Shown here piece after piece: positions 35,281-45,668 of a DNA stretch of 64,000 bases. The notes under the pieces were generated by a model, which searched no databases, had not been told where the DNA came from, and saw nothing but the letters and a program-made list of their open reading frames with translations. Made by a program: the position numbers and the translations under genes. The stretch spans positions 14,585,480 through 14,649,479 of the forward strand of contig CM121342.1 of NCBI GenBank assembly GCA_051530055.1, in the 5' to 3' direction. This stretch comes from Neoechinorhynchus agilis. Its lineage: Eukaryota > Animalia > Acanthocephala. Within the stretch, counting starts at the first letter, position 1. Every line of letters starts with the position of its first letter.

Positions 35281-35548
35281 GCTGAAGTGGTCAAGTGGAC
35301 TAATGCTCCTGATACCACTTTGGGTCAACGGGTTCGAATCCAAGATCGCTGATGACGCACAACCAAAGAACACGAAATACCTCGTTGAAAGGAGGAAACT
35401 CACTGATGAGTCCGCTTCCTTGAGGTATCTGAGAATCCGGAGGAATGCACAAGCTTATAACCGTACGGTCTTAGGCATTAAGCACAGACCAGCGCTTACC
35501 AGACCGAAATCGGGGTGGACTGTGTGTCCATTCAACCCCGTGCTTTTT
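35281..35548 (+). mobile_element. SINE-A copy B, full length: tRNA-like head, hammerhead-like core, 3' hairpin, oligo-T end
   Basis: A box TGGTCAAGTGG, B box GGTTCGAATCC (35331-35341), TTTTT at 35544-35548. Homologues at 29837, 37640, 59260 and 8068. Confidence 0.85.
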
Positions 35549-35817
35549 GTAGGTAGTTGATATTCTTGCTTAGGGGTAAAAAAAATATTATTTTTATCTC
35601 TCTCTAACGATGCTACTGTTCTGCCTCGTGGTTTCGTTGGACATCATGTTATTTTTCACGAAGAAATTAAATTTTGGTATTAAAGCGTTTTTTTTTGAAT
35701 GAAAATAAACCAAATTTTATACCGCTTTCCGTTGAGAAACAATTTTAAAAAGTGTATTATTATGCGAAACTCATCTTAATACGCACTCTGAAAATAGAGA
35801 TTACAACTTTCTTAATT

Positions 35818-36216
35818 TTAAGTCGCGTCCTTATCATCTTCTTCATTTTGGAAGATTTTAAGCGTGCCGTGATCTCTCAAAGCCATATAATATCCAGTAT
35901 GATATCCGCACATGTACCAAGACATCAGCATCGAATTGAGCGTTTTATCGTGTGTAAATGACGGTGGAGGCTTTGGTGGTAGTATTTGAATGTCCTTATC
36001 TATCTCATGATCTTTATTTTCATCACAGTGGTCTTCTTTAGACATCTTATCAAACAACGGACACGTTTCGGTTGTGTTATGATCATCCTCTTGATTTGAC
36101 ACAATCTCTCGTTCCATAGACTCATCTTTATCATCGACTGCTCGAATAAATGCGTCCATCAATGTGCTGTCCAGGAATTTTTGGGTCACTGAAATGGAAA
36201 ATGAAGTTAATCCCAC
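35818..36216 (-). CDS. SMN: Survival motor neuron protein, short form without a Tudor domain; exact start unresolved
   Basis: C-terminal YG box LNSMLMSWYMCGYHTGYYMA, Pro-rich PPKPPP, and N-terminal FLDSTLMDAFIRAV aligning with the Gemin2-binding WDDTALIKAYDKAV. Confidence 0.9.
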   Translation of the reverse strand: MGLTSFSISVTQKFLDSTLMDAFIRAVDDKDESMEREIVSNQEDDHNTTETCPLFDKMSKEDHCDENKDHEIDKDIQILPPKPPPSFTHDKTLNSMLMSWYMCGYHTGYYMALRDHGTLKIFQNEEDDKDAT

Positions 36217-36469
36217 ACAAAACTCTTTAACGAATCTCAGAAGCTAAACGACGATGATACCGAATTGGCGCAACTTCCCAAATCTAACAAATTTAAAATA
36301 CAACTAATGAATTAATCGTTTTGTACCTTAGAGGCTTTCGAGCTTTTCGCTACAGAAGAAATTCGAGACAACTCAGCTAATTTAAACAATCTACTTATGA
36401 TTTTTGAGTTTTATCCTTTAAACGTTAATAATGCAATGAATCGCTGCTTGATTTTCCGGGCGCATGTCT

Positions 36470-37135
36470 TAATTTTAATTTTAAATTAACTTGACAAATA
36501 CGACCCGGAGTTTATTTATTTGCCTAGCTTTCGCCATTTTACGGTTTCAACTGGGCAATCTAAAATGTGTGAGGTGGGGAGACACAAACAGGCCACAATA
36601 TCCGCATCGACTCTACTAGCACATCCCTCTTATCGATGAGGTGCATCCGTCCTCGTGCTCAGTTCTTTTCCGATTCGAACCCATCGCTTCTCCCGAAATC
36701 ACCGCCTCTATCGCAAAATTCACTGCATATCGGGCTTTATAAATGATTTCGGTAGAGAGGTTCACCTCGCCATCTGAATGGCACTGCGAATGGTGTTCTG
36801 CCCAAGGTGTGGCTGCTGGCGTACTGGGGTTGAGCGCATTACGTATATGCTCCGTGTAACTCGTTTGTGCAGCGGTCGCTCCGTCTTCCCAATATATGTG
36901 ATATAACGCCATTTCCTTCTTTTTTGCAATGTTCGCATGTCATCTTATACACAACGTTGCGTTCTCTCCACACCGTGCACCATATTGACTCTTCCTGTTC
37001 ATGTCCTTGCCTGGTGCAACTGGCTCGCTGTTCGCTTATATTATATTTCTCAGCCGTAATACGGCGAAAGCTAGGCAAATAAATCAACTATATCTGTGTC
37101 GCATATGTCAAATTAAATTAAAATAAAAAAAATAA
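36470..37135 (-). mobile_element. PLE GIY-YIG fragment flanked by about 70-bp inverted terminal modules carrying degenerate HHRs
   Basis: VVYKMTCEHC...YIGKTERPLHKRV.EH across frameshifts. TTGCC-CAGTTGA-...-GAAA-GCT-A-GGCAA at 36520-36558 (minus) and GCCGT aat ACGGC-GAAA-GCT-A-GGCAA at 37053-37078 (plus). Confidence 0.75.
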
Positions 37136-37185
37136 AATCTAAACGTTAATGATTTCCGTTAAAGTTAACTGTTCGCCGTACCTCA

Positions 37186-37277
37186 ATTCGGAGTGGATGA
37201 CGGATACGGAATTGGAGTGGATAACGGAGTCAGAATTTGGAGTGGATGACGGAGTCGGAATTTAAAGTGGATGACGG
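37186..37277. repeat. Minisatellite, about 5 copies of a 24-25-bp GGAGTGGATGACGGA-core unit
   Basis: Visible directly in the sequence. Confidence 0.8.
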
Positions 37278-37639
37278 ATCCGGAGTGGATGACGGTCGAT
37301 AAAAAATATTATTTCGTCTTGAACGTATTTTTCATAAATTTCATTCTTAAGCTTTACCGCAGTTATTATGAAAACATCGATTATTACGGGTAAGAGAACC
37401 ATTTTTTGTCAACGATATAGATTTTCTTCGCAGTTTATAAAATCGGATATTTCTTTTATTATTTGACTTGAGTGATTCTGTTTGTCGATCATCTTGGAGT
37501 CGATTAAATGTGTCTAATAAAGCTTAACGTTTAACTAATTACCGACCAATGGACTCATTCTATTATTATATATATATGTAATTATAAAATAGCGGGAACT
37601 TTTAAGGAAAGATTTTACTTCAGTGTAAACTGAGTTGTC

Positions 37640-37795
37640 CTACACGGCCGCATTTGGCACACAGCCCACCTATCTGGGTCAGGGAAGCGCATAAAATCAC
37701 ACATAATACCCTTTGCACATCCATTCGGATCCTAAGATACCTCCCGCAGGCGGGACTCATCAGTGACTTTATTACCTTCAGCCGTGGATAAAATA
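37640..37795 (-). mobile_element. SINE-A copy C, 5'-truncated
   Basis: Minus strand CTGATGAGTCCCGCCTGCGGGAGGTATCTTAGGATCC...GGTGGGCTGTGTG. Confidence 0.8.
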
Positions 37796-39454
37796 CTTTA
37801 ACAACCTAAAAAAAGTCAGACGAGGCCGGCGAAATATTGGGAATGAATAAATCAACCTCTATTCTTCTTTCATTACAAAAAATACAAACATTTTAGCCTA
37901 ATCCTATAAATTGCATGACGACGCTCCAAATGATCAAAAATCTCGTTATACCTTTTCAGTCCTCGGAGCGTTTATAACAACTGTTCATGCGAATCAAGCA
38001 AAAGGAATTGAAAAAGATTGCGATTGCCGCATATTCCACAAATAATGACCACCAAAATGAGCCAACTCGTCATTGGGCTCGCGATCCGATTGCGAATTTG
38101 CGCAAACCTGCGCTAATACTGCAATCCATCACATTAATGTTTCCCGAATGTATGCTTCTACCCTGCACACATCAGATAACAACAGTTTGCAACCGAACTT
38201 GACATCTCGGAATTTCCCGACGGCATTAGTTATCACAGATACATAATAGTGAAAATCGCTCCTTCAACTTTCAAGCGGCATACATGGGATTTGGCAGTTT
38301 TGAAGGCTTTTAGCTAAAAATCCGAATCTCATTTTCAGGAGCAATTCCATCTTTAGTATAGTCGTTGCGCTAGAAATGACATTTAGATCATGAGAGCGCC
38401 CGGAGTAGATGGAGAATACTGAGAGTGTCAGTGGCACAAATAGAGTGGGAAATAGCTTTGCGTGGAAGCACAAAAGGTTCGTGTGGCTTTTCGTTGAACA
38501 AAGGCATTTCCTCTTTTTGATAAAAGGAGTTTTGTATGCGTTGTCAACCTTCCCATTCTTTTCCACAATGCGTCCTCGTCTTCAGAACAAACCGAAGATT
38601 GTAGTATATTTCTAATCAATTTTCATCCTGACTGGAATGTAATGTTGAATTATGCCTAAGATTACAAACGAAGACAAATGAGCACAAACCATGACAAGTC
38701 GGTATCTCACGGGGTAGAAATGTGATAAAAAACAAAAGCGCTCAAACACCATGTGATCCCTATTGCTTCTGAAAGCTTATCGGGACATTTTATGGCGAAA
38801 TATGTACGATTTTCTTTAATTTAAGCGAAAACGCAACGGCGTTCGCCAACGAACTACTCAATAGACTGTACGTTTTCGGCTTATTAATCCCGATTTATCT
38901 GCAATAAGAGTTTCCGGTGCAAGAAATGCTCTCCAGGTAGTGGCCTCTATAACTTAAATTTAAAACTTAAGTTAGACAATAATTGTAGAATGTACTTTAT
39001 TTGACAGGTATTTCGAGAAGCTGGTAAATGAGCACACCTAAGAGTGTGACACATCCGTGTATTCGAGTCACGTTATTGTAGAAAACCTCCGACTTTTATG
39101 AGCAACATAAAGTGAAAATGTTCACAGTTGACATGTATTTTCCAGGAACAGTTTGAGGTGCGATCATTAGAACACCTTTTAGTAAATGCATTTATCTAAA
39201 CTTTACTTAGACATTAAGTATAAAACTTTGGTCCATGTTTCTGAGTTTTTGTGCCTGCTCCGCCCTAAAGGAATGGGACTTAATGTTTAAAATTAGAAAA
39301 TGAAAAAAAGCCTCCGAAGGCCATATTAGACATTCAATTCTGTTAAAAATGATTTCACGTCGCAATGTCGGTTCAAATCGGGAACAAAATAGTCCAAGGA
39401 ATCCTTTTAGAGCATGAAATACTTCTAATTAGAGTTTTCAAATCAACGTCACTA

Positions 39455-42085
39455 TTTGAGCAGCTTCGTTCGTAATTATATTAAAAAGGTGTTCCAACAA
39501 AAAAGGTATATAAAGAGTCCCGATTTAGACCCTACGAATCGATATAACGGAAACGTCAGTAAAAATCATTCTTAGATTGAATTTGAAAAGATTCCAATCA
39601 TGTTCAATCATGAAAAAAATTACTTTTACCTTTTGAGCAGCATCGCTCGCAAGGTTATTTAAGACGTGTCTCCCCCAACAAAGATATATAGACAGTCCCG
39701 ATTTAATCCCTACGAATCAATATAACGGATACGTTCGTCAAAACCATTCTCATATTGCATTTAAAACGAATCGTTTCATCTTCAATCAAGAAAACACACA
39801 CAATTTTACTTTTACTTTTTGACCTGCGTCACTCGCAAAGCTAATAAAGACGTGATTCCCCCAACAAAGGTATATAAAGAATCCCGATTTAATCCCTACG
39901 AATCGATACATCGTATGCGTCCGTAAATATCATTCCTAGATTGGATTTGAAAGGATTTTAATCATGTTCAATGGAAAACACACCAAAAATTACTTTTAAA
40001 TTTTGAGCAGCCTCGCTTCCCCAAACAAAGGTATATAAAGAATTCCGATTTAATCAGTACGAATGGATGTATCGAATACGTCCGTAAAAATCATTCTTAG
40101 ATTGATTTGAAAAGATTTTAATCATATTCAATCAAGAAAACACACCTTAATTTACCCTTACATTTTGGGCAGCGTCGCTCGTAAAGTTATAAAAGACGTG
40201 TATCCCACAAAAGGTATAAAGACAGTCCCTATTTGATCAATACGAGTAGATATATCGAATACGTCCGTAAATATCATTCTTAGATTAGATTTGAAAAGAT
40301 TCTAATCATGTTCAATAAAAAACACATAATTTTACTTTTACCTACTGAGCAGCGTCGCTTCTAAGGTTATTAAAGATGTGTTTCGTCCAAACAAAGGAAT
40401 ATAGAGAGTCCCGATTATGGCCCTACGAATCGATATATCGAATACGTCCATAAAAATGATACTTATATTCGATTTAAAAGATTTTAATCATGTTCAATCG
40501 AAAACACACCTAGATTTACTTTTACATTTTGAGCAGAGTCGTTCGTAATTATATTAAAAACGTGTTTCTATCCAACAAAGGTATATAAAGACTCCCGATT
40601 TAATCCATACGAATCGATATAACGGAAACGTCCGTAAATATCATTCTTAGATTGGATTTGAAAGGATTTTAATCATGTTCAATCAAGAAAAAACCGAAAT
40701 TTACTTTTACATTTGTAGCAGCGTCCTTCGCAATTATGTTAAAGACGTGTTTCGCCCCAACAAAGGTATATAAAGAGCCCCGACTTAATCCCTACGAATA
40801 GATATAACGGATACGAGCGTAAATATCATTCTAGGATTGGATTTGAAAGGATTTTAATCATGTTCAATCAAGAAAAAACCTAAATTTACTTCTACCTTTT
40901 GAGCAGCGTCCTTCGTAATTATATTAAAAACGTGTTTCCCCCCAACAAAGGTGTATAAAGTCCCGATTTAAACCCTACGAAACGATATAACGGATACGAG
41001 CGTAAATATCATTCTAGGATTGGATTTGAAAGGATTTTAATCATGTTCAATCAAGAAAAAACCTAAATTTACTTCTAGCTTTTGAGCAGCGTCCTTCGTA
41101 ATTATATTAAAAACGTGTTTCCCCCAACAAAGGTGTATAAAATCCCGATTTAATCCCTACGAATCGATATAACGAATACGTCCGTAAATATCATTCATAG
41201 ATTGGATTTGAAAGGATTTTAATCGTGATCGATCAAGAAAACACACCTAAATTTACTGTTACATTTTGAGCAGCGTCGCTCGTAATTATATTAAAAACGG
41301 GTTTTTCCCCCCAACACAGGTATATAAAGTCCCGATTATGGCCCCACGAATCGATATAACGGATACGTCAGTAAAAATCATTCTTAGATTGGATTTGAAA
41401 AGATTCTAATCGTGATCGATCAAGAAAACACACCTAAATTTACTTTTACATTTTGAGCAGCGTCCTTCGTAATTATGTTAAAGACGTGTTTCGCCCCCTC
41501 AAAAAAAAGTATATAAAGTGTCCCGACTTAATCCCTACGAATCGATATATCGAATACGTCCGTAAATATCATTCTTCGATTGGATTTGAAAGGATTTTAA
41601 TCATGTTTAATCAAGAAAAAACCTAAATTTACTTTTACATTTTGAGCAGCGTCCTTCGTAATTATGTTAAAGACGTGTTTCGCCCCCTCAAAAAAAAGTA
41701 TATAAAGTGTCCCGACTTAATCCCTACGAATCGATATATCGAATACGTCCGTAAATATCATTCTTCGATTGGATTTGAAAGGATTTTAATCATGTTCAAT
41801 CAAGAAAAAACCTAAATTTACTTTTACATTTTGAGCAGCGTCGCTCGTAATTATATTAAAAACGTGTTTCCCCCACCAAAGGTATATAAAGAGTCCCGAT
41901 TATGGTCCTACGAATCGATATAACGGATACGTCAGTAAAAATCATTCTTAGATTGGATTTGAAAAGATTCTAATCTTGATAAATCAAGAAAACACACCTA
42001 AATTCCTTTTACATTTTAAGCAGGGTAATTCGTAATTATGTTAAAGACGTGTTTCGCCCCCAAAAAAGGTATATAAAGAGCGATT
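39455..42085. repeat. Tandem satellite, about 183-bp unit, about 14-15 copies
   Basis: GGTATATAAAGAGTCCCGATTTAATCCCTACGAATCG recurs near 39508, 39868, 40580, 40763, 40948, 41130, 41318 and 41881. The left copies are more degenerate. Confidence 0.95.
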
Positions 42086-42574
42086 AAATTCTTTTCGTCT
42101 ATTTTTTCCTTTAAAAGCCTAATTTCACCAAGGAAATTGTTTTTCTTGTCAAATTAAGCACGAGAACTGAAATGTATCTAAACAGCATTTACGATTCATG
42201 GCATTTGTATACTGAAAAAAGATTGTCAAGGATTTCGAGTTGGTATTTTTTTTCAGTCGACGAATAATTCTGAAAGAACGCCAAAAGTAATCTCACCATT
42301 ATGAGGAGTCACATTTCTTTTTTTGTCAAAGTGGATAAATGTTGAACTCGTTATCGCCATTTAAAGTGACAAAACCCGAATGTGCGTTTTTTCGTATGAC
42401 GAAACCGGGAGAGGGCGATAAGTGTCACATGGTTCCATGCATTCATTGTGAGCGTTAGAGAAAACATCGAATCTCGTGTGTGCGCGCGCTCTGTAGATTC
42501 GGTGTGGGTGGGGGTACCAATCCACAGCGCCGTCTCTAAGAGGAGCTCCGAATTCAGACGTGTTTTTTTTAGAT

Positions 42575-44167
42575 ATGTGTCCAGCATCGAAGGACGTTGA
42601 GGATCTAAGCAAGCTTCTTTTTGACCCGGCGCATTACTTAGCCTTAGTCAAAGTAGAAAAGATGACGCCACAGACGGAAGTGAAGAAAAGTGAGAACGTA
42701 CAACAGGTAAGAGAAATGAGTGAGACATCTTGACACTTTTCGATAAGGACTACAAACGGTTTCATCTTGTTTTATAAAACCTTCACCCGCCTCCCCCCAC
42801 GCGAAATGCATGAATCAAAACCGTTAGTTTCTCGAATTTTGGTCTGCCTAATTGGTGCAGCGTGACACTGTTTTAAACAAAGGAGACAAAATTTCAATTC
42901 GCAGCGCCTTCTTTCGTGCGTTGAAGGGACCGTTTGCACTATGTGAAGAATTGTAAAAGATACGACACTTTTAATCAGAAATGAACAGGCGGTTATGTGC
43001 CTTTGAATTAGTCTGCTATTGAAATAGTCTTCTATTCAATACTGAAACCATTTTCAAATGAAAAAGGATTGGAATTGATCTGGAAGAAATCAAAAAATCC
43101 ACGTCATGGCGAAAGGAAAACACCGACTAAGACGCGTTTAACGCCGATCAGTATTGAGATTTGCGTTACAAGTTTTGCCGATGTTCGTTTACTTTCCACA
43201 CATCAATTTTTACTCGGGTGCTTCTGCGCCAACTCATACGCACGAAAGCGTTGCTTCGTTCATTTCCTTTCTCAGTAAAAGCGCATCCCGCACATTCCAG
43301 CCAGTCCTTCTTTTTTCCCTCTTTTAGGTAGTCTCTGCATCGTCCTTGAAAAACCCAGAAATGTACAAAGTTCTTATTGGAAAATCAGACAAGTCCAACA
43401 GTCACAAAATTGACAAAGTAAATTCAAACACAACAATAACAACAAACACTTCCCCACCGAAACCATTAACCATTCAACAGCGTAGATTATGTTGTTCCGC
43501 TGGCATCAGCAGCTCAGCAGCAGCAGCTGCTGCAGCGGTGGCTGCAACAGCTGTCACTACTTCATCGATCACGGGCGGTGTGATAAGCTATTCTACGTTC
43601 AACGGAACGCCGCCTCTGATATCCACAACCGATCAAAAGTCACTAAAGTCCGTCAATACTCCACTTTCGAGTACTACTGATAATCGACAGAAAACCAAGT
43701 CAAAGCGCAAAACGACGAAATCGTCGTCGCTGATTACCGAATCTCAACTTAATGCGAAAAATACTTCAGAGGAGCAACGTTCATCGCTTCAAATACAATC
43801 TCAACCAAACAACAATACAAGTAACGGCAAAAAACGCAGAAATAAGAAGAATAAGCGCAAAAAGAGTCTAAAAACCGAAGTTGAAAGCAGTAAGGAATCG
43901 AGCTCAATCATTAATGATCACGACGATGTCGAGACTTGCAATAGCGACGTTGCATCCATTCCAGAGGTGGACGAGATATCAATCAAGGAAGAAGAAGAGA
44001 AGCACGAGTTTGCAGTATGTGAAGGAACTCCTGGCGCAAATGAAAACAACGCTTCCGAGACAAGTTCAGATGACCTCCCTAAAGATGCAGCTATCCTCAA
44101 ATTGATGCGGTCGAGATGGACGGAAATTGAGCAGCAAATCCAAAAGGGTGATGTCTTCTTTGCATAG
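42575..44167 (+). CDS. Unknown low-complexity protein (exons 42575-42706 and 43328-44167, about 323 aa)
   Basis: GT-AG intron in phase 0. Ser/Thr/Ala-rich, with a basic KKRRNKKNKRKK cluster and a predicted helical C-terminus. Family not recognised. Confidence 0.65.
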
Positions 44168-45377
44168 GTAGTTTAAGCTTTTGTAAAAACCTCGGGTTTG
44201 TTAATAAAACTTTTTAAACCTTCAAACTTTGCACAATAATTTCCTAAACTTTTGCTTTTCAAGAGACTGGCCCAACTCAGCTTTTTAGTTACACGAGTTA
44301 CGAATCCTTCTTACTGTAGTCTTCAGCACCTTCTCGGAAGGGCTTCAATGTTCTACCAACGAGAACGTATCATCCAAACTCTTATTTGCCACAAATACGG
44401 ATATGTTTTCCATCCAAATATTATATTTTACAATCCTTTTCGTTCAAAACGAGCTGTTCTACCCAAGCTTTTTGAAGGATGAATAATCAGTGTTCTATAA
44501 TTGAAGAGGTCCAACCAATTATTGCCTCACAATCTGTATACCATACCAGAACAGCTAGGACAATGGCTAGCATGCTGCCAAATTTAATGCCGGAGGATAT
44601 CGGGAGTCGAGTTCCCAGGGAGATTAAAAGACAACGGGAATACGGAATGTAAAATGGTTTCTGCTGGTGTGAAGACATTTTTCAAAAAAGTGATATTGAA
44701 TTCAACAATCAACCTCGCGATTCCTACATCTCAGCGCAATATAGAAGGATGGAATTTATCCAAACCTGAATGGCAGGAACCCGCATTAGCAACGATCGTG
44801 TTAAAGGATTATTCATGGTGAGTCCTCATACTCCAATTCTCCTCGAATTATTCATACGCGATTAACAGGCTAATTATGTTTCCAGCAAACCGCCTGCTAA
44901 ATTATGGTGTTGCACGTTAAATTAAAAGTACAACAACATTCAATAAAATGTCCACGTTTCATAGCGCGATAAGCGGAAGAGTTTGCAACCATTGTATACA
45001 GGACGATAGGTATACTTACAGACAATGCACAAGTGAAAAAAGAAATTATTAAGTCGCTGGTTGATAGTGCCTACAGTTATTGCTCCGTCGAAACGAGTGT
45101 TTTATACAACGAAGTTTACCAAACGGTAACTCGCGAATTTTATATAAACAACAACCGTGTGATGCTCGCATTTAACAACAAAGTTAACGAGAATATTCGT
45201 CCCGTGCGTCAGTAAAACAACAACAACGTTTCTAACTCCTTAAAATATGCTGTGAAGGAAAATGATTGTCGCGAGCTTTAGAGACAGCAACACCGTTAAG
45301 CTTACTTTAAATAACGGAGGGTTTGAGGTCGTACGTTTCGCGCACGAGAAACATAACAACAGCGCGACGTGCGTTTT

Positions 45378-45668
45378 TTTAATTTATTATCAAGGCCTTA
45401 CACACTCTTGTTAGTTTGTGACATCTTCTTTTTTGGCCTCACGGCCATATTCGTTTGGAGCTTTTCGGCTGGCTTGCACACATCGGAGGCGCTTAGCCGC
45501 ACTCGACGGAACATGGCCAACCCACTTTGCGGCCGATGTGTGATTTCAAACTTGACCCCATTCCTTTCAGCAGCCTCGCATACCCGAGGAACCCAGCAAC
45601 CTGTGGCGTTGAACCTTCGACATATCAAGCGCATTATGAACGCGCACACCACACGGCCACTGAGCCCC
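45378..45668 (-). mobile_element. tRNA-derived SINE-B copy inserted in the satellite, about 12-bp TSD
   Basis: Homologous to 26165-26458. TSD GACGTGC(G/A)TTTT at 45366 and 45669. Confidence 0.88.

Noticed and set aside
35349-35433. Conventional type I HHR using the upstream CTGATGA at 35349
   Set aside because: There is no G10.1-C11.1 pair or stem II, stem I is poor, and the motif reads CCAATGA in copy A.
35403-35433. C/D-box snoRNA (TGATGA...CTGA)
   Set aside because: The boxes are only about 20 nt apart and lie within a dispersed SINE. The hammerhead-type pairings explain the flanks better.
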